Source of the DNA: Octopus vulgaris
Taxonomy: Eukaryota
Reading direction: 5' to 3'
Length of the DNA stretch: 64,000 nt
Assembly: GCA_951406725.2 (NCBI GenBank)
Contig: OX597818.1
Coordinates: 66,154,001 to 66,218,000, forward strand
Each line of letters begins with the position of its first letter. The stretch's first letter is position 1. Below the pieces are notes generated by a model. That model was not told the origin of the DNA. It searched no databases and worked only from the letters and a program-made list of their open reading frames with translations. Shown here in pieces: positions 28,384 to 42,146 of this stretch. Made by a program: the position numbers and the translations under genes.

Positions 28384-28405
28384 GTATATATATATATATA
28401 TATAA

Positions 28406-28532
<127 letters not shown>

Positions 28533-28534
28533 AT

Positions 28535-28760
28535 CCAAACAAGAAAGCACAAAAAAACACAATGCGAGGACGTGGAACAAATATAGTATTATTGGACGCT
28601 CAGGAAAGAAGGAAAGAAGGAGGGTTTAACGTTTCGAGCGGAGCTCTTCGTCGGAAACATAGGAGAAGGAAAGATCCAGAGAATGGAAGATAGAGGAAAA
28701 AATGGTGGCGACAAAAGTGGAAAAATGGAGGTAGAAGAAGAAAGGTAGAAAAGGTCGAGG
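28535..28760 (-). mobile_element. Short repeat with minimal hammerhead motif (Penelope pLTR-like)
   Basis: Minus strand 28658-28624: gttt-CCGACGA-agagc-tcc-gctc-GAAAC-GTT-aaac. Related motifs at 30846-30879 and 33413-33448. Confidence 0.6.
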
Positions 28761-29044
28761 AAAAAGTGGTAGAGTCACGGACAAATTTTTTTGATTTTCA
28801 ATCACGATTTCAGTGGCGTACTCCGGAAGAATGGTAACAGTAATCCGTAGGTGTAAAAATCCAGGAATTGGTATCCAAGGCACTCAGATGGTAAATCTGA
28901 GGCACTCAGAAGTTAAATCCATCCATAATAAAGCGGGTATAATATCCGGAAATTACTCCTGCATTATTCTGTATGGATTAACCTTTTCTGTGAAGCTAAC
29001 AAACTTTTTTTAAAGCCTTTTATAAAACTGTGCATCATTAGAGA

Positions 29045-29390
29045 ACATTTGAAGTCTGCTTACAATCTAACTTTGCTTTTCATAGAACTCTCTTCGATAC
29101 TTCATGAGTGTAGCCTCACCCCCGAGGATGTTTGGAAAACTCATATGTGTTTTGGCTGATGAATACGGGACATTTGTATTTGCTGCAATATTTGCAGCTT
29201 TTAATAAAGCTGTTCTTCGTATGAAAGAATTGTACTGAACAACTAATCCATTCTTGTTACTTTTTTCTTGTTTATATTAACCCCACATTATTTTATGGTT
29301 AATACCATATAGATTTCTGGTGCATCTAAGTTAAGTACCGCATTCATGTGAATTCATTGGAACTCACTTGAATCTTAATTGCTTTTATTG
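29045..29390 (+). mobile_element. Solo diverged copy of the 3' end of the Penelope-like element at 54965-57215, with degraded hammerhead
   Basis: Colinear with 56890-57215. CTGATGA at 29156-29162 and GAAA-gaatt-GTA at 29223-29234. Confidence 0.75.
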
Positions 29391-30299
29391 AAATTATATA
29401 TAGATACATTTGCAAGTGATGTCTATTTTACAAATCTCTAAATAACAATAATATTTTTCATAAGCTGAAGCTCATGAGTATTCGCTTAGCATTGACTATG
29501 GTAAATTGTCTAATACTATAATCCCTCAACAGTAAACAGTAGCTTTGTCCGTGCCCCGGGGACACGAGCCTACACTTCTATGTCTTTGCGACAAGTGTTA
29601 CACCAACGTCTCCCTAGCTCAATGCTTCCCCACACGCACAAGTGCGTTCACCCACCCCCACACACATATATGTATATGAAAATATATTTTGCTGTTGAAA
29701 ATGTAACCAAATCTTAAAACGACTTGTATATTTTTTTTCAAATTAGCTTTACTTACATTAATATACCATAACGCAGTCTAGATGTTTTCGTTTTTAAATT
29801 GTAAATAAAGATTAAAATTAAAACAAATACAATATGATGAAAACCTAAAAGCAGATGGACACCAAAAGTAGATTCGTTGCGGGAAAACTTGCTGAAAATC
29901 ACCTGCTCAAATACGATTGATGTCAAAATCTAATGAAAATCCAATCGAGCAGAGAAATAAAAATGTTTTATGAGGTCAAATATAAAATATCAAATTCATA
30001 ACAAAAATAAATGACCGAAAATTGAAAGTAAAATAGTTTTAAAAGCAATAAGATATTTCAGCAATTAGATGCGATGAAAGTTTTTAAGAATTCGAAAAAA
30101 AGGGCTTTAAAATATTTGACTCAAGCCAATATTGTTTTGTCTGCAGAAGATTTGAGTTATAAGTTCATGTTCTACGTTTTCAAACATGTAATCCATTTCT
30201 CTTGTCCAGAATTCGAATTTCCTTCTTGGTTGACTGTTTGAGTACCTCATATATTTTTCATATCTCGCCTTCATTTGTTATTATTCGGCAGTAGCAAAT

Positions 30300-30341
<42 letters not shown>

Positions 30342-30351
30342 TATATATGAT

Positions 30352-30513
30352 ATATACATACAATATTAGATATGTACATATATACACAAGTGTACTTACA
30401 TGAGTACCTATATCGCTAAAGATAGGAGTCAAAAAATACTTCTGTACCACTGGATAAGGTACTCAAGTAGTACCCTTGTGTATATAAGTACATATCTAAT
30501 ATTGTATGTATAT
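30352..30513. repeat. Imperfect inverted repeat with ~65-bp arms
   Basis: atatacatacaatattagatatgtac...gagtacct pairs with aggtactc...gtacatatctaatattgtatgtatat. Confidence 0.85.
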
Positions 30514-30590
30514 ATTTTATTTATTTGTCTGTACAGCTGATAATTCGCTTACCACTCGTGATGGTATTTTAATAATGCCATCCCTATATT

Positions 30591-30631
<41 letters not shown>

Positions 30632-30744
30632 TACATCTATCCCACTAAGTACTCAGTTGGAATGTTTTGAGACAAGATCAGAAAACAAAACATTTGGGAA
30701 ACTAGACGTCTTTAGAGACTGTACCGTCCGTGTGTATCATATGT

Positions 30745-30945
30745 AGGGAGAATTTACAAAATTACAAAAGACGAAGATGGGTGTGTCAACAAAAAAAACA
30801 AAAAAAACAGATGTACTAGTTTAACAGTCGGGAAGTGAGGAAGTGTTTTACCTTTCGAGCTTACGCTCTTCGTCAGAAAGGAACACAAAAATAAACAGGG
30901 AGACAAAAATTAAAACAAAGTTTTGTGGCTAACGACCAACCATGG
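30745..30945 (-). mobile_element. Short repeat with minimal hammerhead motif
   Basis: Minus strand: ttt-CTGACGA-agagc-gtaa-gctc-GAAAg-GTA-aaa. Homologous to 33335-33470. Confidence 0.6.
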
Positions 30946-30989
<44 letters not shown>

Positions 30990-32419
30990 GCATACATGCT
31001 TATATATATATATACACATATGCGTTGTATATATATTTATGTATTTTATGTATATATATTTTCTTGTAGTTTCATACTGGAGTGTACTTTGTTACAGAAC
31101 ACTCAGGCCTTCATGTCTCCCCCTCCGCCGCTTACACGATATTTGGAACAGATTATTGTGGTGAAAAATTGCAACTGCCGATACATGCATATCTTTGTTC
31201 TCTACATCTCTACTTTGGTACTTGGAAAATGGAAGTGAAATATTCCTCAGCGTGCTGCCCGCCACTACAATACTTGGAATATGAAATATTTTACGAACGA
31301 TTAAATCACCCGCATAAAATTTGAACTCTCCTATTTTCAGGATCAAGACTTAGACATTTGGAAATATAGCTGCAAGACATTTTATACACCACTCCAATTG
31401 ATTTTGCAATGAGCTTCATATGTTTATACTAGATAGCGGGTTATATCGGGTCATTTACAAATATAAAAAAAAATCGTTATACATGTTTTACGTTGACAGT
31501 AACCCAAACGATAGGTCAGGTAAATTCATATATCTGAAAACATTAAATTGAGTGGAACATTTCAAGCAAAATCAGTGTCCAAATTCCATAAAGTCCCCTA
31601 TATTCGCATGATAATTGCACATGTTTCATTTTGATTTTTTTAAATGTTGCAAAACAATACGGTTTACATATTAATTATTCCTTGCCAATATTTCAAACAA
31701 TTATAATTATGTCAATCTTCTTAATAGTAACCTAAACGATCAGTTATAATTTACATTTTCCGCAGCATGCCATTGTGTGCCCACCCGCTTTTCTTTCCAT
31801 CCCCAACGTAACAAAACTGATGCATTTACTACTCTGAACAAAACATATTATTTATTAATTAATCTTAAACATAACCAGATAAATCTTGTCTCCTTCGAAA
31901 TATTTAACTTCACCTAAAAGTTACATTAACATCAAGTAAAAAATATTGCTCATTCAGTAAAGTATGTAAAATTATCAAATCAATTAAGCACATAATTACT
32001 ATCAATATTTAGAAGTAGACGTAATAATGTTTCATACGGAATTTTTGTTTTCTGTTTTAATTAAATGGAATCATATGTAATTATCACAGGTTAAGTACTT
32101 TATAAATTTCCAAATATGTATTTTTAATTTGTTTCGTTCTCTAATCATGTCGGTTAAAAACATAATCTGTCATTCTTACGACGTCAATATATTTTTTCTT
32201 CCTGGGCAATTAAGAACACTTAATTGAATATAATGATGAATTTATTAACATAAGCTATCGAAATAATCTTTAACATAATGTAACAATTTTCATAAAATTA
32301 CAATAAATAATTTTTGAAAACACCTCAGTACTCGACTGAATGTTAAATTTCATTCCAGATTATTCAATAATACTTCGTGCTATATAAATATATATATATA
32401 AATGATGTTCGAATATTCA

Positions 32420-32496
<77 letters not shown>

Positions 32497-32623
32497 TTGT
32501 TCAATTATTCATTCACAAACATCTCCATACACTACGAAATTACCATAATGTCATGGTTAGCGAAGAGAATACAAAATATATTTTTAAATATATTAAAACT
32601 ATGAAAAATGTGTTCAGTTTCCT

Positions 32624-32685
<62 letters not shown>

Positions 32686-33334
32686 TGCACCACAGTGCAC
32701 CATGTGGCGATAACGTAAATTTTCCACTTTTTTACTACATGTATATGCTATTTGGAGGAAAATTGAAGGTTCTTAGAAAATTAACTTTATTTTCATCATA
32801 TACTTCTCTCCTTGTGAGAAGCAGAGCACTGAATGAAGGGCTATAATAGAATAGCCGTTCTCTCAGTGCACTCCTTGAAATTACCAGAACTGGCTCTGAT
32901 GACGTTAACCCAAATTTTCTCCGGTCCTTCTATTTTCTTCAGCTGGTTAATAGGCCAAATGAATGTATCTATCAGGAATGTAAATATATAATGACTACTG
33001 GAATCAGCTGTAAGTGAAATGTGCTCAAATAAAGGGTAAATATATAGTGACCATTATTTTAAACTGCTTTGTTTCATATCACTCCGTGTAAAAACTAGTT
33101 TCTCTGAAGCGCATCCACGGATTTACGATATAGAATTTTAATGAACATTCACCTTGGATTCTACCACAAGATTAACTTGAGTCCTTCATTAATCTGAATA
33201 ATTGTTAGCCCGGTGAGCCAGCTGAGAGCTTATGAAGTATTTTGCCCGGCTTGTTAATCCCTTGCTATTAGCTCTGTTATATATATATATATATAAAAAG
33301 TTGGATTTAACCCCCCCCACCCCCCAAACAAACG

Positions 33335-33470
33335 GGAACAAAAGAAAAGACGAAGACGGGTGTGTAAACAACAAACAGATGTATTCGTTTAACGCTCGGG
33401 AAGAGAGAATGTCTTTAACGTTTCGAGCCTACGCTCTTCAACAGTAAGGAACACGGAAATAAACAGAGAA
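33335..33470 (-). mobile_element. Short repeat with mutated minimal hammerhead motif
   Basis: Minus strand: CTGTTGA-agagc-gtag-gctc-GAAAC-GTT-aaa. Homologous to 30745-30945. Confidence 0.55.
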
Positions 33471-33769
33471 CAGGCATACACACACACATATATATCTATA
33501 CACTCACACACAAATACACGCACATACAAACACACACACACATATATATATATATCTATACACAGAGACAGAGATGCACGCACACACACACAAACACATG
33601 CAGCTTTATAGTTTGATTGATGCATTCTATATATATAACTTCCAAAGCGATTGAAGGCAATGGAAAATGGAATGTAAGATGAGGTAACAAAAATTACAAG
33701 TAAAGTACCTGATAATCGTTGTTTTGTTTTTTATTGCCCTTGCTGTTATTCTTTGTTTCGCCCAATATC

Positions 33770-34560
33770 TCGGGACATAACGTCCATGTATCACAAAACA
33801 TGTACTGCTTTGACAGCACACCGCAATTCATACACCAGCTTCTATCCGTCATCGTTGGAAATACATACTTCTCATTCTACCACCACAAATACAAACAAAC
33901 AACAGGCCTACCAGTTGGGTCCAGTCTCTCAGGCCTTCTAGCCATTACCTATATTAACCAAGTGGAACGTGGAGCATTCATCACCTGCCGCTCCTCTGTT
34001 TTCTTCACCAGGTATATATAGATGACAAACCCACTCTCACAAAATACCGTGAAAAGGCCGACAAATTTTCTGACATTTTCAAACAGAGATAATAACATCA
34101 TACGATTTACCACAGAACAGCCCGATTAAAAATGGTACCTCGTCTTTGCTGGACATCCAACTTAGAACACATGAATGTGCTATATACACCAGCTTCTATA
34201 AGGAAGCTGCCAGCACGGACCTGTTTTTCGATTATCGATCAGCCATTTATCTTGGTTCTAAACTGGATCCATAAGAACTGAACTTACGCGTATCTGAAAT
34301 TAGTGTAACAAGACAGAGGATCGGACGACTCACACTGAACATTTCATAGATGTACTGAAGATGAATGGATACCCAATATCCCAAATGAATCGACTTAAGA
34401 GCCGAAAGCGCTGCAGGCATAAGACCTCTAACATTTTCGTTATGAAATTACCACATTTCAGCGAAAGTACAACCACAATGATCTCCAGAGCTATTTTCAA
34501 AGTAGGACTGACCATGCATTTAGCATACTTCCACGGACATGCAAACTAAACATCTCATAA
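33770..34560 (+). mobile_element. Penelope-like element reverse transcriptase remnant
   Basis: NTYFSF...YKQTTGLPVGSSLSGLLA...FFTRY(I)DD with a frameshift, then SLLDI, YRK-like and NGYP motifs characteristic of PLE RTs. Confidence 0.85.
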
Positions 34561-34661
34561 AAAAAAGAAAGTTGATTCCGTGTAATATGAAATAATATCT
34601 TCGTAATTGACGCCACACACATGTAAAGTGAAATAACCATCAGACACGCTTGAAAACGACG

Positions 34662-35795
34662 TAACCCTTACTCTACCAGAAAAACATTACGTCGCTAATT
34701 ACCAACTGGGTCCAATGGATCCATTAGTTTTATTTTTATTAAACTTTATTCAAACTACCACCATTTCTCAGTTACCTTATATATGCTATAAGGTGAATGA
34801 CGAATTACTCTTACTCAGAAACTTAATAAAAAACATACAGCTTACAGAATATATTAGAAATTTGAAAAAATACAAAAATAGAATATTACAGCTCTTCATG
34901 GCAATGAATGTAGACAACATTGGAATGTTATTGGCAAACATGGGTATTGCAATTCTTATGTGCAGAAAAAGCTTTCCTGTCCTTTTGGGGGTCACACAAC
35001 GAACATCTTCCATTTTTCTTTGGCTGAGGAATAATCTCAAATGAGGTTGAAGATATTTTTTGTTCTTTGGTTGAGAAATGTTAGCGGAACTAGAAGATTG
35101 TTCGTCACATTCTTGCTAATCATTGACTCCGTCAAGTTCCTTTCCTAACTGAACTAGGCATTGTCTTCTTTTATCCTTGAAACTTTGCAAGTAAAGCTGT
35201 TTAGCAACACTGAAAACATCCACTGCACTTATATGAGTCATCTTGTAGAAAATAAACATAGTCCATCCTCGAGCCATTCTTTTGCAAGTGTATGTCCTTA
35301 CCATCTTACCTAGGGTATCTACACCTCCTTTTATTTTGTTGTAACATATAACTTCAGGTTTTTCATCACTTTTTGAATCAATTGAAGACTGACAATGCAA
35401 CCATTAGTGTGACTGCATAATTGTTTGGGTCAATAAGATAGGATCATAGAACCCTTTTGAAATCCAAATATTCTGCAGTTGATTTCTCTTTCTTTTCCAT
35501 TTGTGAAACCACTTGGAAGTTTAACTCTTTCTAATTGTTCAAATTAAAGTAGTTGTCTTGCTAAGAAGCTCTTGAGCCAATCCTAGACTTGTAAGAAAAT
35601 CATCACAAGTTATATTGTGACCAGTATTTTCAAGTTCTTTAATTAGGTCTTAAACAAGTTTTGAACCTTGATTTGTCTTTCTTCCTTTTACTGGGTCTTT
35701 TCCAGTGTAGATTTGCATTTTCCAGGAATAGGATATTTCAATGTTGCATATTGCCCAAATTTTAATTCAATATTTGATTGGTTTTGGAATTTCAC
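34662..35795 (-). mobile_element. Degraded piggyBac transposon
   Basis: Minus-strand peptides KPIKY*IKIWAIC...IYTGK...GHNITCDDFLTS and KPEVICYNKIKGGVDTL...R.ARGW, plus a Cys-rich C-terminal remnant. A possible terminus (g)taa-ccct lies near 34662. Confidence 0.85.
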
Positions 35796-35936
35796 TTAAA
35801 ACCTAATCAAAACTAAACAATAATTTTACAATGACAAGACTTTTACAGAGAATTTGAAACCTGGAATTATATTAGCTCTGACGGCGATATAAAAAATAAA
35901 TATATGTATGTAGATATGCAAGTATGTTTTCATACC

Positions 35937-35938
35937 TA

Positions 35939-36005
<67 letters not shown>

Positions 36006-36017
36006 TTATCTATCTAT
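35937..36017. repeat. (TATC)n microsatellite
   Basis: Directly visible. Confidence 0.95.
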
Positions 36018-37959
36018 CTGTCTATGTATCTATTTATGCTGCATACACTGCACACACCACAAATATTTCACACATCACACACGGCACAATCGCGCGCATG
36101 CATACGCACACATATGTACTGAGCATCGAAAAGATTACCTTTTGTATTCTTTGATTTACAAACTTAGTCTGTTGCTATCTTAATTTAGGGATATCATGTT
36201 TGTGATTCTAATTATGCCAATGAAATTGATCTCTTCAACGTTAAAATTATGACAAAATGGAACCATCGGGCCACTCGATATAATACCAAACACAAGAAGT
36301 ATAATAATGAAGCGTACGCAAATCAGTATAAATTAATTAATCACGAATATAAATGATATAATTAATGTATATTTTGATGTGGTGTTCCGCTTAGTATTGA
36401 AGGCATTTAATATTTGATATGATGGTTCTTCTTCTGTACTTCCGGCTAAAAGTTTTGCTAGATAGTCATTGGACTTAATTATGGCTACTGCCTAGGTAAT
36501 ATATTTGGATTTACTCTGCTAATTTCTGTTACATATTAATTATCGTACACATGTATTAAGCTCCAGAATTCTTATATAAAATGTTTGTCATTCTTGAAAA
36601 ACAAATATTATTTCGTTTGTTTTGGAATGAAGTAATGATCTGTGGATTTATGTATGCTATCTTCGAAAGAATTTCTTGTAGGATTTCATATACATTTTCA
36701 GAGAATAAAATCTGCGAGTCAGAATCTGCTCTAAATTCGGACCCCATAATTTTGTTCGTAACCATTAATATTTATAACAGTTGGTTGCTGTTATCGACCG
36801 CATGTTTATATTACGGAATTGCTTCTTGAAATAGGTTGAAATCGTAAAAGAAACACATTTTCAGAATGTCATTTGGAATACGAAATTTTTCAAAATTGTT
36901 TTAACAAATCTGAAAAGATCTTGAGATGAATACATTATTTTGGTTGCATTGATTGTGTGCGAGGAAATGCGTTGGGTAACTTTTTTGGAATACAAATTGC
37001 TCTGATGGCCCATAGCAACTATTGGGCTCAATACCACTACGTTTCCATTTTTAGTTTTCTATACTTAATGTCTGTGTTCAAAATTAACCAACTCGTTTTT
37101 AAACAACCAACGATTGTACTTCAGTATTTCATTGAATATGTTTTTTTTTTCTCTTGTAATATTGCTAGTGGGAGAAAATATAGCTAACAGGAATTATTCC
37201 GCCTATACATTGAGCACGTCCTGTCGTTGTTACATATTTCCTTGCAAATATCATAACGCAAAAGAAAATTTTAACACTAATGTTATTGAAATAATCAAAC
37301 GAAATATAGTAAATCAAAACTAATTTTATTTCTCCTTCTTTCTTTTATTTTGATGCTTATTATTAAGCTGAGGTAAGTCCTCAAACTATCGATAAATCTC
37401 AGAAAGTTTCAAGGATTGCATGTCATTCCACTTACATTTAACATACTTATGGCTTATGAAATATTTGATAATATCTTCTAAAGAAAATATATTTAATAAT
37501 ATATTGACATTAAGAAAGTAGATAGAATATATAATGAATATATTAAGGAAACACTTACACGAATTATATATCTATTTTATAATACATTAAACATCGCACA
37601 AATATATATAAGAAAAATCTAGTGTATTTAACATTATTGGGAGCGTAGGAGAGGTGGAGAAGCTGGAATATAATGCATCAGGAGAAAATAAAATATTATC
37701 TGAGTAACCAGAAATAATAATTGTTGGAATACACCAGGCAGCTGGCTTCGAGAGAAAACTGGCAAATCTGTTATTCTGACGATTTGAAACAAAATATTCC
37801 AGCAGAAGCAAATCATTAAATCCTGAACATTAACATTGACGAAGAGAAGTTAGTAAAGAAGGGAAAATATAAAGTATTTCTTTCTGTCTTCATGTTGCGC
37901 ATACACATTGTTTGTTTTTGATTTTATTTTGCCAGCTACACAGTATAGTAGGGTCAGTT

Positions 37960-38325
37960 GGGCAATGTCTGAGAGAAAAACATCACCATGATTCAATTCA
38001 GACTGCCAGAAACTTGGAAACAACATGCCGCTCTGCTTGGCATTCGCGCCGGTGCTCTAATACGAGCCTTTCAGAGTGTTTGAGAGTACATCTGAGGAGA
38101 GTGCAATTTCAGGGCATCTACTGAGAGTTATAAAATGAAACATCCTTTCAACATCATCGTGTTTGGAGTGATCACCGGGGAGCACCAGGTTATGACTCCA
38201 TTCATAATCTCACACGGCCTCAGACGCAACGCAGAGGCCGACATCAATTACCTGGAGGAGATGGTGCTGCCCTGGGTGAATATGTTGGCTATCGGTAGAC
38301 CCTATGTCTAGCAACAGGACTCTGA
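37960..38325 (+). mobile_element. Tc1/mariner (maT/DD37D-like) transposase fragment
   Basis: 38135-38323 reads MKHPFNIIVFGVITG...PFIISHGLR.N...LEEMVLPWV...GRPYV*QQDS, which includes the second catalytic Asp motif. Confidence 0.8.
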
Positions 38326-38329
38326 ACAA

Positions 38330-38990
38330 ATTCAGTACGTTGGAACAAGTGGAGCAACGATCCCAGTATCAAATACGGTGCGTGATCTTGGATTAGAAAT
38401 GAGCAACAATGCTTCATTTTACACACATATCAACAAAATGGTAGCAGTATCCAGAAGACTGTCCAACTTGATTCTGAGAACCTTCTGGACAATGGACCAA
38501 GAAACTATGATGACACTATGGAAGTCATTTATCCTCAGCCGAAGGGACTACTGCTCTCAGCTATGGTCACCTTATACAACAAGGACAATACCAGAGCTTG
38601 GAGCAGTCCAACGACATTACACAAAAGAAATTCGTCAATGGAACGACTGAGCTACTGGGACAGATTGAAAGAGCTACGACTCTATTCCCTGGAACGAATG
38701 CGGGAGAGGCATGCTGTGCCGACTGCTTCATCTCGAGCAAGGACGATGTACTGCAATAGCTTGGAGTGGATGTAGACGTTTACAAACGTGAACTTGACCC
38801 CTGGCTCAACGAGATCCACGATGAGACAATATCTAGGCAGGAAACACAAAAGAGTGCAGCAACATCGAACTCCATCCTTCACCAAAAGCCGCTCCGACAA
38901 AGGTGGAGAGCGGAAAGATGATCACAATGGCGGAGCTCAGCATGACCAAAGTCATTGGACTGAGACATATAAAAGCATAAAAAAAAAGAA
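38330..38990 (+). mobile_element. CR1-group LINE 3' fragment with terminal tail
   Basis: VRDLGLEMSNNASF...LILRTF...DYCSQLWSP and LSYWDRLKELRLYSLER. Ends with the tail ggcggagctcagcatgaccaaagtcattggactgagaca. Confidence 0.85.
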
Positions 38991-39524
38991 TACGTAAATT
39001 TACAAAAATACGTACATAATATAAGGCAGTATATTCCATGGTGTATCCTCTTGAAGCTAATCTGCTTAATCCAATGATGCAAAGTTCTATGCAGATTTTA
39101 TATTTGCGTGAGATATGAATAATTTTTCAAACATTCTGGAAAATATTTTTTTACAGTGTAATTGAATACTGTGATAGGAGATTGGGATTTTTATTTTGGC
39201 ATTATTAATTCACCGTTTTATTTTATTTGATTCTCTCACTGAAGAATTTCTACAAGTAGATATCTTTGATGTTTCTCCTAGTTGTAGAATTTTGGAACTA
39301 CTTTTACAAATTGAAATATGTAATAGTTAATCAATAACACCGAATCGTTTCTTTTCCAATCTCTTATCTTCATAACAATTTTGAATTAGTCGTCTTTTAT
39401 TCATTGGATTTTTCTACATGAGAAACAAGGTAGTTATAGAGATATGACACTTTACCTACCAAAAATAGAAGACACATTGAATTTACAATATCATTTTGTT
39501 AATAACTTGATATATCCATATGTT

Positions 39525-39700
39525 ACAGTGTTTACGTCCCCGTAAATTAGCAGTTTGTCAAAAGGTGACTAATAGAAAAAGTGCTAGGCTTACAAAATAA
39601 TTCCTGTGGTCGAATAGTTCTCCTATTTTCCCTCAAGGCGCTTCTTCAGCATGGCCGCATTAACGTGACTAAAACGAATGAAATAATGAAAGAATATAAA
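39525..39700 (+). mobile_element. Degraded 3' half of SINE family A
   Basis: gtgtttacgtccccgtaa...aggcttacaaaataa...cagcatggccgca. Confidence 0.7.
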
Positions 39701-40125
39701 GATATGGAAGCGATGTCATGCTTATTCATATTTAATACATTATGCTAGATTCAAAGCTAAACATACTAATCACAGCTGTATTTCGTTTCAAATGAAAACT
39801 AATATCTCCGACGAATGTTTTTTCATAAGTCTGTAACGAATGTCTGTTACGGTAAATATGTGTCTACTGAACTGATTATCGTATGAGAAGCTGGCACAGT
39901 TGCGTCATATAAGCCTAGGGTACTTCCTCTAAAGAAGCTAACAGGACTTGGAAAACGTTAATATTAATTCAGAGGGGAAACATGTTTCTGATCCAGGCTG
40001 GTATTTGCCGATAAATAATAAATGGTGAAGTGGACAATGAACGGCAAGAATTCAAAACAATGATTTGATTCTTTATCCTTAATCCGTTGTTTTCTCTTTA
40101 TTATCCTTTATCCTTAATCCGTTGT

Positions 40126-41750
40126 TCTCTCTTTATTATAGGCGCAGTGGCCTGACGGAAGAGGGGGCATAACAATACAAAAGATGATAGGAAATGAAAT
40201 GAATTATTAACAATGAATTAAATGAAATGGATTACGATCCCCCCAAAGCTCGCAGTTTCATTTACAATTACAGTTGTACTATATGGGGCATTCGTCCGTA
40301 ATGTAAACGAGTAATTCATCCTGTTCTATAACTCCGGGCAAACTGTTATATCGAACGTAATGCGATATGGTTACATCTGTATCTGAAAATAAATTTATTA
40401 ATTTATTTACCCTCTCATTTTCCACAATTGCAGCCTTTGTTTTGTCATTGTACATCCTCGGGTTCAATTTCACTCTCGTTAGATTCTTCGTTACTGCTAA
40501 TTTTTACTCAATTTCTTTATCTTTTCTGTACAATATTACAGCTAGGAGATTTTTTCCTTTGGGTCTTCCTCCTTCCTTGCATGTTTTCAGACATTCTTCC
40601 ACTTTTGTTTGACCATTTTATCGCTTCCTCCCACATTGTCCATTCACTCACTTCAGCCACTGCATCTCCCCCTCCGCGCGTTCGATCCTCTGTCTCGTCG
40701 GCAGACTTCTTTTTAATTTTTTTATTTTTTGGTCTTTGGGTGGTGATTCCACCCGTGTTCGCTTTCTTTCCTCTTTTTCTTCTGTTCTTTCCCCTTCCTT
40801 CTCCTTCCCTAACTTGTCGTGACTTTCCATATTATCTCCTAAATCCTCTGTCAAAGCTCCTATTGCTTCCTCCAGTGTCATCTTCTTCACTTTCATTTCT
40901 CCTTCAGGACACACTTCCTTCATGTGCCCTCTACTCTTACTTTTATAACACACTGGGAGTCTCCCCTCCACCACGACACTCAGTCGTGTCTCGTCGGGGA
41001 ACACCAACTCCTCCGGGATGTTATACAAATCTGACATAGTTAGGTGGACTGAAACTTTCACTGCATAACACCACCAGTGTATTTCATTCGACTTTTCCAC
41101 CCTAAGTATGTCCACGATCTCCTTGCAGTTGTACATTATTGCAGCTACTATTCTTTCGGTATCAAGTTCCGCTGGGATTTTGCTTATTCGTATCCTCACT
41201 GCTCTTTTTCCACAATAACTAGGGAGTAAAACCCATTTTTCCGATCACAACACTGTTGTTGCTTTCCTTTTCGCTTCTTCTTCATTTTCAAGACGAACGT
41301 CTACCGTAGCGTATTTTCTACCTCTATTGTAGAAGGTAGTTCTTACTTTAATTTCCTGTAGACATTTCTCAATATCTTCCACCTCTGCTACTTCTATGCT
41401 CCTTGAAACCACATTCCATGTTCTGTATGTTATGATTTTTTTTCTCCGCTTCTTTCACTTCGTCTTCAGGTGGTGTAACCCTCAGACATGCACCTTCCTT
41501 CTTGAAGCTGTCGTAATATTTCCTCAACGTTTCATTCTCGATAAGTATTTCTTCCAACTGTAATTCGCTCACAGCCAGGCCCTTGCCTGCTGCTCCGGCA
41601 TAAGTTTGGGCTTGCATACCCAACAACATATCCAGCAATTCAACACGACGCAACATTTCTCAACAACAACAATCAACAAATCCAATACACAACCGCAAAT
41701 TCAACAAACCGACACAACCACTTCCAAAGGAGCGAGTCCTGCTTTTTGAG
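40126..41750 (-). mobile_element. ORF1-only non-LTR retroelement (LINE ORF1/gag-like pseudogene)
   Basis: Broken ORF from 41656 to 40279 with an RRM-like segment (VRIRISKIP) and a degenerate zinc knuckle CYKSKSRGHMKEVC. A short 3' UTR carries AATAAA. 17-bp direct repeats flank it and there is no RT. Confidence 0.7.
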
Positions 41751-41906
41751 TATCCTGAATCCGTTGTGGTCGCAGTTCAACGTCGATTTATTAATCACTG
41801 TTGGGTTACAGTTGCATATATTCTATGATTGTATCAAAATAAGCTTTGTTAGATAATGTTGCACAATTGCAATATTTACCGTATGTCGGCGTTATGACGA
41901 CAATTG

Positions 41907-41956
<50 letters not shown>

Positions 41957-42092
41957 ACATATGCGGAGAGAAAGACAGAGAGGGGGAGAGACAGACAGAG
42001 AGAAACATATATAAAAATAGATGAAGAACGGAAGGGAGAAAGGAAGAAAAAAGAAGGAAAATTGATAAAGAATGAGAAAAAATACATATTTT

Positions 42093-42146
<54 letters not shown>

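Noticed and set aside
29540-29620. Minus-strand tRNA-like stretch
   Set aside because: Too degenerate to fold or to assign to a SINE family.
40428-41039. 203-aa plus-strand ORF
   Set aside because: It is the antisense shadow of the purine-rich minus-strand ORF1-like sequence.
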